Of a stretch of 45,741 bases of DNA, positions 18,006 through 28,609 are shown piece after piece. Each line of letters begins with the position of its first letter. Position 1 is the first letter of the stretch. Where the stretch lies: contig JAYVCU010000234.1 of the NCBI GenBank assembly GCA_043749835.1, forward strand, positions 1-45,741. Direction: 5' to 3'. The notes under the pieces were generated by a model that did not search any database, was not told where the DNA came from, and saw nothing but the letters and a program-made list of their open reading frames with translations. This stretch comes from Hyphomicrobiales bacterium. Its GTDB lineage: Bacteria; Pseudomonadota; Alphaproteobacteria; Rhizobiales; Aestuariivirgaceae. The position numbers and the translations under genes are program-made.

Positions 18006-18694
18006 AACCGCAATTCAGCGTGATTATCCCCACGCGAAACCGCGAAGACTACTTGCGCCAAGCGGTGAACAGTGTTTTCGCGCAGCGTGATATTTTATTT
18101 GAATTAATTATTGTGAACGATGGCGAACCGTTGCAGCTGCATTTTTCTGATCCGCGTGTATCGGTTTTAGACAATGCCAAGCGCACTGCTGTGCCGGCAC
18201 GAAACCTTGGCGTGAATTTTGCTAAAGGTGAGTTCATCGCCTTTCTTGATGATGATGATTTTTGGATTGATGATCAACATCTCGGCAAGGCGTTGCGTGC
18301 ATTTCATCAGTGTGCAGATTTTTACTTTGCAGATGGTCAAATGCACTTTACCGATGGCACAGTTAAATTATTTAACCGAGATGCAACACGAGAGACTCTG
18401 AAACATGACAACACCATTTTAATTTCAGCAGTGTGTTACCGTCGCAGTTTACATCAAAGTATTGGAGCTTTTGATGAGGGTATTCCCTATTATTGGGACT
18501 GGGATTGGTTTTTACGTGTAGCCGCAGCGGGCTACACGTTGTGCCATGAATCACATCCCGCCGTAGCGATTCGCGTACATGCGGGCAACATGTCTCACCA
18601 GAACGACACGGCACGGCGGGCCAATCTGGATGTCTTAATTGCCAAACATCGCCTTGGGGAAATTGCGTTAAAAAATCACGCCGATTTCGTCTAA
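17987..18694 (+). CDS. Glycosyltransferase family 2
   Basis: SVIIPT.NR, IIVNDG, ARN.G and FLDDDD motifs; start uncertain. Confidence 0.88.
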   Translation: MVRKPLKPQFSVIIPTRNREDYLRQAVNSVFAQRDILFELIIVNDGEPLQLHFSDPRVSVLDNAKRTAVPARNLGVNFAKGEFIAFLDDDDFWIDDQHLGKALRAFHQCADFYFADGQMHFTDGTVKLFNRDATRETLKHDNTILISAVCYRRSLHQSIGAFDEGIPYYWDWDWFLRVAAAGYTLCHESHPAVAIRVHAGNMSHQNDTARRANLDVLIAKHRLGEIALKNHADFV

Positions 18695-18722
18695 GCTTAT
18701 GATTATAAAAGAGTAAAATGGA

Positions 18723-18738
18723 TTAATTAAAAATTAAC
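18723..18738 (+). promoter_or_regulatory. Putative CtrA box
   Basis: TTAA-TTAAAAA-TTAAC, an exact TTAA-N7-TTAAC match about 120 bp upstream of the HU gene; AT-rich context lowers significance. Confidence 0.45.
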
Positions 18739-18858
18739 TGCTTATTCCTTGGCTTTCTTCGATTTCAATTCAAAAGAACCGCTTAAAATAAGGGTTTTCA
18801 GAGATGTTACAGTCGAGTATTCAATGCGCATCGTGATTCGACAACAAAGGAGAAAATC

Positions 18859-19152
18859 ATGGCTGACGAAAAAATTGTGACCGTTGCGTTGACGAAGATC
18901 GCCGCTGATTTGGCGGAAAAGCATGAAATGTCGAAGAAGGCCACTGCGGGCATGCTCGGCGATTTCATAGAAGCTATGGTGAAGCACCTTAAGAAGGGCG
19001 CTAAAGTGCGCATCACTGGTCTTGGTATTTTCCAAGTGAAAAAGCGCCCTGCCCGTCTGGGTCGTAACCCGTTGACCGGTGAGCAAATCAAAATTAAGGC
19101 CTCCAAAAAGCTGGCCTTCCGCGCCGCTAAGGAAGTTAAAGAATCGATCTGA
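18859..19152 (+). CDS. HU-family DNA-binding protein
   Basis: VRITGLGIF...RPARLGRNP.TGE.I.I.A motif; strong AAGGAG RBS. Confidence 0.95.
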   Translation: MADEKIVTVALTKIAADLAEKHEMSKKATAGMLGDFIEAMVKHLKKGAKVRITGLGIFQVKKRPARLGRNPLTGEQIKIKASKKLAFRAAKEVKESI

Positions 19153-19173
19153 TCGTTTTTTAAATCATGAATT

Positions 19174-19205
19174 AAAAAGTCCCACCGTACTGGTGGGACT
19201 TTTTT
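19174..19205 (+). terminator. Rho-independent (bidirectional) terminator
   Basis: AAAAAGTCCCACC-loop-GGTGGGACTTTTT. Confidence 0.9.
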
Positions 19206-19282
19206 GTTGAGTTCATTTCATCGTGCAGGCAATTGCGGGCAGCACAAAATCTCATTAGTCTGGTTTTTCAAAGGAAACACTT

Positions 19283-21709
19283 ATGAAAACTTCGGCGCGT
19301 GTTGTGGTGATTGGTGGCGGTGTAGTGGGTTGCTCGGTGTTGTATCACCTGACCAAGACTGGTTGGAAAGATGTGGTGTTGGTTGAACGCGACATTCTCA
19401 CCTCTGGCTCGACATGGCATGCGGCAGGCGGTTTTCACACCCTGAATGGCGATCCGAATGTGGCCAAATTGCAGGGCTATACAATTGGACTCTATGATGA
19501 GCTTGAAAAAATCTCTGGGCAAGCGTGTGGCCTGCATCGTTCTGGTGGTTTAATTCTAGCCGATACACCGGCACGCATGGAATGGTTAAAGATGGCTCAC
19601 GCCCGCGCCCGCTATCTGGGGCTTGAGACGCAGTTGCTTTCGATGGCAGAGGCCAAGAAACTCAATCCACTATTGGAAGAGAAGTACTTCGTTGGCGCGA
19701 TGCTGGATGCGGCTGATGGCAATCTTGACCCGGAGGGCACTACGCATGCTTATGCCAAATCGGCCCGCATTGGCGGTGCTGAAATCTATCAAAGCACGCG
19801 CGTAACAGATTTGCAGAGCCGCACGGATGGCACGTGGGATGTGATTACTGAAAAGGGTAATATTCACGCCGAGCATGTTGTGAATTGCGGTGGGCTGTGG
19901 GCGCGTGAAGTCGGGCGCATGGTCGGGCTGGAACTTCCGCTATTGGCCATGGAGCATATGTATCTTGTCACAGATGACATGCCAGAAGTGGTGGCGTTCA
20001 ATAAAGAGCATGGGCATGAGTTGCCGCACATCATCGATTTTAAATCTGAAATCTATATGCGCCAGGAGCGGTCAGGCTTGGTGTTTGGCACTTATGAGCA
20101 AGCGTGCAAGCCGTGGCAACCCAAGGAGACACCTTGGGAATTTGGCCGCGAATTATTGCAACCTGATCTGGACCGTATCGCGCCCAATTTGGAGATGTGT
20201 TATCAGCACTTCCCTGCTGTGGCGAACGCAGGCATCAAGCGTGTGATCAACGGGCCATTTGTATTTACGCCAGATGGCAATCCCCTTGTTGGACCGGTGC
20301 AGGGCCTTAAAAATTATTGGGCTGCCTGTGGTGTTATGGCGGGCTTCAGCCAAGGTGGCGGCGTTGGCCTGGCACTTTCACAATGGATGGTGAATGGTGA
20401 TCCCGGTTTTGATGTTTGGGCAATGGACGTGGCGCGATTTGGCGAATGGGCTACGCGCAGCTATACCAATGAAAAAGTGCGAGAGAATTATTCACATCGC
20501 TTTTCAATTCGCTTTCCAAACGAAGAAATGCCAGCTGCAAGGCCGCAGCAAACTACACCATTGTACGATGTGATGATTGCGCAAGGTGCCGTCATGGGTG
20601 ATTCATGGGGCCTTGAAACGCCGCTTTGGTTTGCGCCCAAGGGCATTGAACCCAAAGACATCGTGTCTTTCCACCGGTCCAATGATTTTGTGCATGTGAA
20701 AGCAGAAGTGTTGGGTACGCGAAATGGAGTTGGCGTGACTGAGATTGCTAACTTTGCGAAATATGCTTTCAGTGGCCCAGGCGCAGAAGCATTTCTGTCT
20801 CACTTGATGACAAATAAAATGCCAAAGTTGGGCCGCCTGATCTTGACGCCAATGCTGAATGACGCTGGTAAGTTGATTGGCGATTTCACAATTGCAAAAT
20901 CCAAGGACCAGTTGTTTTATATGTGGGGATCAAGCCAAGCGCAGAAATATCATATGCGCTGGTTTGAAAAGCACGTACCCAATGATGGAAGCGTGCGCAT
21001 TGAACGGTTTGACATGGGGCTTGTAGGGCTTTCTATTGCTGGCCCCAAATCCCGCATGGTGCTGCAAGCACTCACCGATGCTGATGTTTCGAATGCAGCG
21101 TTTAAATTTATGGATCATAGATCCATGGACATTGGCAACTGCCCTGCCCTCATCAACCGCGTTACTTATACTGGCGACCTTGGCTATGAAATCTGGGTGC
21201 GGCCAGAGTATCAACGCAAGCTTTATGATGCAATTATGAAGGCCGGCCAGTCGCATGGCATCATTAACTTTGGGATGCGTGCTCTCCTCTGCATGCGACT
21301 AGAGAAAAATTTCCCCACTTGGTATCGTGAGTTGCGCCCTATCTATGGTGCGTATGAAGCAGGTTTAGACCGGTTTGTTGATCTCACTAAAAATGATTTC
21401 ATCGGACACAAAGCCGCGCGGGCTGAAAAACAAAGTGGTGGTAAGTTGCGCCGCGTGTCAATGATTGTGGATGTGGCCGATGCCGACGTGTTGGGCGATG
21501 AACCGATTTGGCACAAGGGCAAAGTTGTGGGCTGGGTCACCTCTGGGGGTTTTGCACATTATGTAAACAAAAGCTTGGCCCAAGGATATGTTCCGAAGGA
21601 GCTGGTAGGGGATGACGAATTTGAAATTGAGCTAATTGGTGAAATGCGCAAAGCTTACATCAACCATGAACCCCTGTTTGACCCGAAGGGCGAACGAATG
21701 CGAGGTTAA
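19283..21709 (+). CDS. FAD-dependent oxidoreductase/GcvT fusion (dimethylglycine dehydrogenase-like)
   Basis: GGGVVG, TSGSTWHAAG (covalent FAD His), FTPDGNPLVG and a folate-binding GcvT C-terminal half. Confidence 0.9.
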   Translation: MKTSARVVVIGGGVVGCSVLYHLTKTGWKDVVLVERDILTSGSTWHAAGGFHTLNGDPNVAKLQGYTIGLYDELEKISGQACGLHRSGGLILADTPARMEWLKMAHARARYLGLETQLLSMAEAKKLNPLLEEKYFVGAMLDAADGNLDPEGTTHAYAKSARIGGAEIYQSTRVTDLQSRTDGTWDVITEKGNIHAEHVVNCGGLWAREVGRMVGLELPLLAMEHMYLVTDDMPEVVAFNKEHGHELPHIIDFKSEIYMRQERSGLVFGTYEQACKPWQPKETPWEFGRELLQPDLDRIAPNLEMCYQHFPAVANAGIKRVINGPFVFTPDGNPLVGPVQGLKNYWAACGVMAGFSQGGGVGLALSQWMVNGDPGFDVWAMDVARFGEWATRSYTNEKVRENYSHRFSIRFPNEEMPAARPQQTTPLYDVMIAQGAVMGDSWGLETPLWFAPKGIEPKDIVSFHRSNDFVHVKAEVLGTRNGVGVTEIANFAKYAFSGPGAEAFLSHLMTNKMPKLGRLILTPMLNDAGKLIGDFTIAKSKDQLFYMWGSSQAQKYHMRWFEKHVPNDGSVRIERFDMGLVGLSIAGPKSRMVLQALTDADVSNAAFKFMDHRSMDIGNCPALINRVTYTGDLGYEIWVRPEYQRKLYDAIMKAGQSHGIINFGMRALLCMRLEKNFPTWYRELRPIYGAYEAGLDRFVDLTKNDFIGHKAARAEKQSGGKLRRVSMIVDVADADVLGDEPIWHKGKVVGWVTSGGFAHYVNKSLAQGYVPKELVGDDEFEIELIGEMRKAYINHEPLFDPKGERMRG

Positions 21710-21738
21710 TCGCCTGGCGTTATAACCAAACTTGGCAA

Positions 21739-22980
21739 CTACAGATCAACAAGAATAATGCGAATATCATTCACGTTGGTTAGCGTGGGGCCGGTGATAA
21801 GTTGGTCACCGAGCTTTTCAAAGAACGTATGGGCGTTATTGTTGGAAAGCTCTTTATACGGATCAATTCCTCGTTTGCGGGCGCGGGCCAGCGTGGTTGG
21901 GGTAATGAAGGCGCCAGCCACGTCGGCAGCACCGTCAACACCATCCGTGTCAGCCGCCAAGGCGTGAATGCCAGACGCTCCATTCAGCTTCAAAGCAAGC
22001 GCCAACACGAATTCAACATTGCGACCACCAACGCCATTACCCTTTACAGTTACGGTGGTTTCACCACCTGAGATAATGGCGCAAGGTGGCTTCGCAGGCT
22101 GACCAAATCGGCGGGCTTGCAAGGCTATACCTGCGTGAACGTATCCCACATCACGCGCTTCACCTTCAATTGAATCCCCAAGAATGATTGGTTTATATCC
22201 GGCACCGCGTGCCACGCGCGCCGCAGCCAGCAATGATTTCTGTGGCGAGGCCACCAATGTGGCGCGGGCGTTAATGAGGAGCTTTGGTGTTTCATTCTGT
22301 GCATCAGCCAAATGCCGTGTCACTGAGGCTGGCATCTGCATTCCAAATTTCGCGATCACGGCGCGCGCATCAGCAAAGGTTGATTGATCAGCAATGGTGG
22401 GGCCGGACGCCACTGCGCTCAAATCATCGTTTGGTACATCACTGATCACCAAGGTTTGGACACGCGCTGGAAATGCGGCAAGTGCAAGTCTTCCACCTTT
22501 TATTGCAGATAAATGTTTGCGCACCATGTTCATCTCATTGATGGGCGCACCGGATTTAAGCAACGCAGAATTCACCGCACGTTTTTCGTCTAACGTTATT
22601 CCATCTTCTGGCAAACTGAGAAGTGAAGAACCGCCTCCCGAAATCAAAGCGATAACAAGATCATCTTGAGTAAGGCCCCGAACGATCTCTAACATGCGAA
22701 CCGCAGCCGCGTGCCCGACTAAATCAGGAACAGGATGTGCAGCTTCAACGATCTCTATATGTTTTGTTGCCATGGCATGGCCGTAACGGGTTACGATGAG
22801 GCCCGTGATTGGACCACTCCAACATTTTTCCAGCGCATGAGCCATGGCAGCGCTGGCTTTACCTGCGCCAACAACAATGGTGCGCCCCTTGGGTGGGGCT
22901 GGTAAATGTTGCGCAATAACGTGCTTCGGTAGCGCGGCATCAACCGCCGCAATAAACATAGCGCGAAGGAGTTTCTTCAT
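21739..22980 (-). CDS. Glycerate kinase, class II (TtuD/MOFRL)
   Basis: GAGKAS, AAHPVPD, SGGGSSL, SGGETTV, DTDGVDG and TGPTLTNVND motifs. Confidence 0.92.
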   Translation of the reverse strand: MKKLLRAMFIAAVDAALPKHVIAQHLPAPPKGRTIVVGAGKASAAMAHALEKCWSGPITGLIVTRYGHAMATKHIEIVEAAHPVPDLVGHAAAVRMLEIVRGLTQDDLVIALISGGGSSLLSLPEDGITLDEKRAVNSALLKSGAPINEMNMVRKHLSAIKGGRLALAAFPARVQTLVISDVPNDDLSAVASGPTIADQSTFADARAVIAKFGMQMPASVTRHLADAQNETPKLLINARATLVASPQKSLLAAARVARGAGYKPIILGDSIEGEARDVGYVHAGIALQARRFGQPAKPPCAIISGGETTVTVKGNGVGGRNVEFVLALALKLNGASGIHALAADTDGVDGAADVAGAFITPTTLARARKRGIDPYKELSNNNAHTFFEKLGDQLITGPTLTNVNDIRIILVDL

Positions 22981-23001
22981 ATGCTCATGATTATACGAAA
23001 T

Positions 23002-23502
23002 TTAGAAAGCTTGGAAGCGACCGAATTTCCGGTGATGATAAGCCAGCGTGTTAAGCCCTGATACGGAGGCGGCCAATACGCGACCGATAAAAATCCGGTG
23101 TGTGCCCCCGTCATGCCACGAATCGAGCTCCAACTCAAAGATTGCCGCGGCATGATCCAAAATGGGCATACCGCTTTTGCCCGCGCGCCAATCAGCTGCC
23201 GCAAAATCATAGGCTAAACCGTGATTTGGTCTCCCAGCAAAACTGAGAGCGAGCGGCACTTGATGCTCAGAAAGCAGACAGGCGGCAAAAAACTTGTTCT
23301 TTGTAATCTCGCCTGAAATCATGCTTTTGCGATTAATGCAGGCCAAAAGCAGTGGCGGCTCTGCAGAGACCGATGTGACCGCACTCACCGTTAAGCCGAA
23401 ACGTCCAGCTTTGCCACATGTGGTAATAATTGATACGCCTGATGCCGCAGCAGCCATGGCCTCAACGAATTGGTGCGACAGGTTCGGTTGAGTTTCAATC
23501 AT
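23002..23502 (-). CDS. Flavin reductase family protein
   Basis: GLTVSAVTSVSAEPPLLL and GGTHRIFIGRV motifs. Confidence 0.9.
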   Translation of the reverse strand: MIETQPNLSHQFVEAMAAAASGVSIITTCGKAGRFGLTVSAVTSVSAEPPLLLACINRKSMISGEITKNKFFAACLLSEHQVPLALSFAGRPNHGLAYDFAAADWRAGKSGMPILDHAAAIFELELDSWHDGGTHRIFIGRVLAASVSGLNTLAYHHRKFGRFQAF

Positions 23503-23580
23503 GGCGCTCCTATCGGGGGCAAAATCTATTCTGTCAAATGTCACAAGTTAACATTATGAATGTGCATCTGGAGACTCACG

Positions 23581-26205
23581 ATGCCTGCGAAAACGCCTAA
23601 AACAATCCAGCTTAAAGACTATCACCCAACGCCTTATTTGATCAACAATGTGCGATTGGTTTTTAAGTTGCACCCAACCGAGACGCGCGTGGCAACTGAG
23701 ATCAAATTTCGACTAAACTCAAAAGTGAAAGGGCGTCACCATGAATTGGAGCTTGATGGCGAAAAAATTAAACTTTTAAGCGCTGCGATCAATGGCAAAA
23801 CTCTCACAAAAAAAGAGATGCGGATTACATTAAAAAAGCTGACTATTTTCAAAGTTCCCCCGCAACCATTTGTGTTGTCCCTCGAAACAACATGTAACCC
23901 ACAAGCCAATACGGAATTGACGGGTCTCTATATGTCAAACGGTATTTATTGCACGCAATGTGAGGCAGAAGGATTTCGCCGCATTACGTATTTCTATGAC
24001 CGACCTGATGTAATGGCCAAATACCACGTCCGCATCGAAGCTCCAGTCACAATACCCATACTGTTATCAAACGGAAATCCAACAACGACAGGGTTACTTG
24101 ATCAAGCTCACTGGCATTTTTCTGAATGGATAGATCCACACCCAAAGCCCGCCTATCTTTTTGCGTTAGTGGCGGGAGATTTGGCAAAAGTGCAGGATAA
24201 TTTCATTACCATCGAAAACCGAGAGGTCAAACTTGGTATCTATGTGGAAAAAGGCAAAGAAAACCGCTGTGATTGGGCAATGCAGTCACTCAAAGCTGCC
24301 ATGCGTTGGGATGAGAACGTTTTTAAACGCGCCTATGATTTGGACGTGTTTAACATTGTCGCCGTATCTGATTTTAATATGGGCGCAATGGAGAATAAGG
24401 GGCTCAACATATTCAATGACAAATATATTTTGGCTTCGCCAGAAACAGCGACGGACACAGATTATGAATCGATCGAATCCATCATTGCGCATGAATATTT
24501 CCATAATTGGACTGGCAACCGCATCACTTGCCGGGATTGGTTTCAACTCTGCTTGAAAGAGGGACTGACAGTTTTTCGCGACCAGGAATTCACATCCGAT
24601 CTGCGTTCGCGCGCCGTGAAGCGCATTGATGACGTTCAAGATCTGCGTGACTCTCAATTCCCCGAAGACTTTGGCCCCCTTCAACACCCTCCCCGGCCAT
24701 CTCAGTATATTGAAATCAATAATTTCTATACGTCGACGGTTTACGAAAAAGGTGCCGAGATTTGTCGCATGATTAAAACTATAATCGGCGCCAAAGCCTT
24801 CGGCAAAGCAATGCAACTATATTTCAAACGTCATGACGGCGAGGCGGCAACTGTTGAGCAATTCATTCAGTGTTTTGAGGTTGCCTCGGGCCGCAAACTG
24901 AAGCAGTTTTTCCGGTGGTATGAACAAGCTGGCACGCCGCAGGTGTCTGTGAAAGAAACTTATAATCAACTACGCAACGTTTATTCGCTTACACTTTCGC
25001 AAAAGACAAAGCGATTGAGAGGGCAGAAGCCGAAACTTCCATTCCATATCCCGATCGCGATAGGATTTATAAACGCTGATGGAAAGGCAACCAAGCGCAA
25101 CGATAGGCTTATCGAACTTACTAAAGCGAAGCAGATATTCAAATTTAAAAATATCTCATCGAAACCCGTGCTTTCGATCAATCGTGGATTTTCGGCACCC
25201 ATTGTTATCAAACGCAAGATGTCTGCCAAAGACCAACTTCTGCTCATGTCCCATGATAGTGATAACTTCAATCGCTGGGAAGCGGGGCAATGCCTGGCTT
25301 TGGATTTGATCCTTGATTCCTATCGTGGTGCCAACTCGTCTGTTTGGAAAGATCGGGTCAAAAAATACGGCGAGGCACTTTTTCGTGTATTGCAAAGTGA
25401 AGGCTTGGAAGATGCCTACAAGGCAAAACTATTAGAGTTTCCCGACTACGAAGTGCTGATGGCCAGGTTAGGCAAAAATATTAATGCCGACACGTTAGAG
25501 GCTGCTCGAAATGCCTTTCTCAAAACAGTTAGCCAAGCCAATAATCTGGCAATCAAATTACTGTTTGCAGCAACCGAAGATCAGGGACCTTATGACCCCA
25601 GTGCAGCACACAGCGGCAAACGTACGTTGCGCTATAGTTTACTGTGGCTGGCTTTTGACGGTGACTTGGAATGGGTTCAGAAAGCCATCGAAAATGAAAG
25701 TCAGCGTGCTGATAATATGACGGCGGCTTTTACGGTTCTCACCTTGGGTGCTCATGCCAAAAATAATCTGGGGCAAAAAATTGTTGATATTTTTTATCAG
25801 CGCTATAGCCAAGACTCGTTGCTTATTAACAAATGGTTTACGGCACAGGCCCTGGTACCAGGGCCTGATGCGTCAGCACGTGTCAAAGCCTTGGCCTCAC
25901 ATCCTAACTTTAAATGGACAACGCCCAACCGAGTCTATGCCCTATTGCGTAATTTTATTGACGGCAATTTCAGCGGTTTTCATGCCGTGAATGGCGCAGG
26001 TTATGAATTGGCGGCTGATGCAATTATTAAATTGGATGATATTAATCCTCAGGTAGCGTCACGTCTTGCTACAGGGTTTAGCTCTTGGCGCATGTTTGAT
26101 AAGCCGAGACGTGCCACCGCGCAAAAATCGATGCAACGGATTCTCAAAAAGAAACCGCTTTCGCCTGATGTTTATGAGATCATATCAAGAACATTGAACG
26201 CGTAA
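23581..26205 (+). CDS. pepN: Aminopeptidase N
   Basis: TQCEAEGFRRIT, GAMEN, HEYFH...KEG and NPQVASRL motifs. Confidence 0.97.
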   Translation: MPAKTPKTIQLKDYHPTPYLINNVRLVFKLHPTETRVATEIKFRLNSKVKGRHHELELDGEKIKLLSAAINGKTLTKKEMRITLKKLTIFKVPPQPFVLSLETTCNPQANTELTGLYMSNGIYCTQCEAEGFRRITYFYDRPDVMAKYHVRIEAPVTIPILLSNGNPTTTGLLDQAHWHFSEWIDPHPKPAYLFALVAGDLAKVQDNFITIENREVKLGIYVEKGKENRCDWAMQSLKAAMRWDENVFKRAYDLDVFNIVAVSDFNMGAMENKGLNIFNDKYILASPETATDTDYESIESIIAHEYFHNWTGNRITCRDWFQLCLKEGLTVFRDQEFTSDLRSRAVKRIDDVQDLRDSQFPEDFGPLQHPPRPSQYIEINNFYTSTVYEKGAEICRMIKTIIGAKAFGKAMQLYFKRHDGEAATVEQFIQCFEVASGRKLKQFFRWYEQAGTPQVSVKETYNQLRNVYSLTLSQKTKRLRGQKPKLPFHIPIAIGFINADGKATKRNDRLIELTKAKQIFKFKNISSKPVLSINRGFSAPIVIKRKMSAKDQLLLMSHDSDNFNRWEAGQCLALDLILDSYRGANSSVWKDRVKKYGEALFRVLQSEGLEDAYKAKLLEFPDYEVLMARLGKNINADTLEAARNAFLKTVSQANNLAIKLLFAATEDQGPYDPSAAHSGKRTLRYSLLWLAFDGDLEWVQKAIENESQRADNMTAAFTVLTLGAHAKNNLGQKIVDIFYQRYSQDSLLINKWFTAQALVPGPDASARVKALASHPNFKWTTPNRVYALLRNFIDGNFSGFHAVNGAGYELAADAIIKLDDINPQVASRLATGFSSWRMFDKPRRATAQKSMQRILKKKPLSPDVYEIISRTLNA

Positions 26206-26310
26206 ATTAACCATGTACCACTAGGCAAATCACTGCGTAATTTGTTATCGCTAATGCACTGCTGCTGTTGCGTGAACTGCGTTGATAACTTTTCCGTAAA
26301 GGTATGCAAA

Positions 26311-28605
26311 TTGGCGAAAGCCCAACTCAAAGAACTTTTCTTCCGTGATAGCTCGCTGCGCCTGCCGCTGGTGGCCGGGCATGGACTTAAAGTAACAGAG
26401 CGCACAATGCGCATTCTGATTACAACGTTGACTGGTCTGTTTGTGACCATATTGGCCGCAGCATTGCTTTCTCAACTGTGGGCCAGCCGTAGCCAAAGCT
26501 TGATTGACGAAAGTCGGTTGACGCTCGTAAACGCCGAGCGTGCGGCGCAGAATATCAGGCTTGCCGCTGTGGAATTTGGCCGAAGCGGCCTCTCATTGGA
26601 TCAAGATTTACTCGATAAATCTGTGCCGGCTGATGCCACTGCACATGATCGGTTTTTTTTACTGCTTGATGGTAAGGGAACGATTGTTGCCAGTGTGCCT
26701 TACCATAATGAATGGCACCTTAAGTCGGTTACGTCGGTTCTGGGGACGGGCTTTGTTACTAAAGCCGTGGTAAACGGCAACGAAATGGCCCCGCTGGTTT
26801 TAGCGTCGGGTGATGATGCCTTCATGGCGTCACGTGACCTTAGCAATATGCCAGGCAGCCTGCTGGCTGTGCAAAAAAAAGATGACGTATTGTCTATTTG
26901 GCGCAGCAGCGTGGGCAAGCTCACCGCATTGTTCGTCGTGACGTTGATGGTGCTGCTGTTATTGGCCGGCGCATTTCACTGGCAGGCCGGCAAAGCATTT
27001 GATGCTGACGAAATGCTCACCCATGCAACCAGCCGCCTTGATAAAGCGCTGGAAGGTGGTGAATGCGGCATGTGGGATTGGAACTTAATGGGCGACAAGA
27101 TTTTTTGGTCGATGTCGATGTATGAAATTTTGGGAATGACTCCAAAAGGTGATTATCTTTCATTCCGAGAATTCTCTGAACGCTTGCACGCCGATGACGC
27201 AAGGCTGGACTATTTGATCGATGATCTGCTGCGCGGCAAGCGTCAGGATTTCGATCAGGAATTTCGTATGCGTCACGAGAATGGCAGTTTCATTTGGTTG
27301 CGTGCACGAGCTGCGCTTGCCAAAGGTCGGGCTTCGGATGATCCGCATCTGGTGGGAATCGTGTTTGATATTTCAAAACAGAAAAGACTCGATACACTCA
27401 ATCAAGAAGCTGAACTGCGTCTAAAAGATGCGGTTGAGAATATCTCTGAAGCTTTTGTTTTGTGGGACACGGAAAGCAAACTGGTTTTATGCAATAGCAA
27501 ATATCAGCAATTCCATTCTCTCGCCCAAGAAGTTTGCGAACCTGGGACACCTTACAGCGTTTTGGTGGCGGCGGCTAAAGAACCGGTCATCCAGCAATTT
27601 GTATCCGCAGAGCGCGATGTGTCGTCGGGGGCTCGTTCCATGGAAGTGAAATTTGCTGATGGCCGCTGGTTGCAAATCAATGAGCGCCGCACCAAAGATG
27701 GCGGGTTTGTTTCGGTTGGCACAGATATTACAGCATTGAAGCGGCAAGAAACTTACCTTTTGCAATCCGAGCGCAACCTTATGGTGACGGTGCGTGATTT
27801 ACAAAAAGAACGTCAACTGGCTGAAGAGCAGTCACAACGGCTTGCTGAACTGGCCGACAAATATGCCTCTGAAAAAACCAGAGCAGAAGCTGCCAACAGA
27901 TCGAAATCAGAATTCCTGGCTAATATGAGCCATGAATTACGCACACCACTGAATGCTATTATAGGTTTTTCTGAGATCATGGCTCAGCGCATTTTCGGGC
28001 CACTGGGTTCTTCCAAATATGACGAATACGCAAATGACATTCGCAAAAGCGGGCAGTTTCTTTTAGACGTTATCAACGACATCCTTGATATGTCAAAAAT
28101 TGAAGCGGGCAAAACTGATTTGGAACTTGCGCCCGTTCAAGTTCGCGAGGTGATTGATGAAGTGTTGCGAATTATCGGACCACGTGCCGCAGAAGGAAAA
28201 ATTACGATTGAAAAAGAACTGCGAAAGATTCCGAGCTTCTTGGCAGACAAGCGCGCTTTAAAACAAGTGCTTATCAATATCATGGCCAATGCTGTTAAAT
28301 TCACACCTGAAGGCGGCATTGTGCGCCTTGTAGCAACGCACGACAAAAACATTGCACGGCTTCAGATTATTGACACGGGCATCGGCATTCCTGCGCACGC
28401 TATCGCAAAAATCGGGAGACCGTTTGAACAAGTGGAAAATCAATTTACCAAAAGTAAGGGCGGTTCCGGGCTTGGTCTGGCCATTTCAAAGTCACTTGTA
28501 GCTTTGCATGGAGGCACACTGAAAATTGCTTCACGCGAAGGCAAAGGCACAACAGTGACAGTTGATTTTCCTATGGTTGCTGTGCTGGCAACGCAAGCCG
28601 CCTGA
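26311..28605 (+). CDS. pleC: PAS-domain sensor histidine kinase, PleC-like
   Basis: Two TM helices, PAS domains, SEFLANMSHELRTPLNAIIGFSE, RPFEQVENQFTKSKGGSGLGL; adjacent to pepN as in other Rhizobiales; start uncertain. Confidence 0.78.
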   Translation: MAKAQLKELFFRDSSLRLPLVAGHGLKVTERTMRILITTLTGLFVTILAAALLSQLWASRSQSLIDESRLTLVNAERAAQNIRLAAVEFGRSGLSLDQDLLDKSVPADATAHDRFFLLLDGKGTIVASVPYHNEWHLKSVTSVLGTGFVTKAVVNGNEMAPLVLASGDDAFMASRDLSNMPGSLLAVQKKDDVLSIWRSSVGKLTALFVVTLMVLLLLAGAFHWQAGKAFDADEMLTHATSRLDKALEGGECGMWDWNLMGDKIFWSMSMYEILGMTPKGDYLSFREFSERLHADDARLDYLIDDLLRGKRQDFDQEFRMRHENGSFIWLRARAALAKGRASDDPHLVGIVFDISKQKRLDTLNQEAELRLKDAVENISEAFVLWDTESKLVLCNSKYQQFHSLAQEVCEPGTPYSVLVAAAKEPVIQQFVSAERDVSSGARSMEVKFADGRWLQINERRTKDGGFVSVGTDITALKRQETYLLQSERNLMVTVRDLQKERQLAEEQSQRLAELADKYASEKTRAEAANRSKSEFLANMSHELRTPLNAIIGFSEIMAQRIFGPLGSSKYDEYANDIRKSGQFLLDVINDILDMSKIEAGKTDLELAPVQVREVIDEVLRIIGPRAAEGKITIEKELRKIPSFLADKRALKQVLINIMANAVKFTPEGGIVRLVATHDKNIARLQIIDTGIGIPAHAIAKIGRPFEQVENQFTKSKGGSGLGLAISKSLVALHGGTLKIASREGKGTTVTVDFPMVAVLATQAA

Positions 28606-28609
28606 CGCT

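Noticed and set aside
26207-26214. TTAACCAT CtrA half-site before pleC
   Set aside because: A single short half-site in AT-rich sequence is too weak to call.
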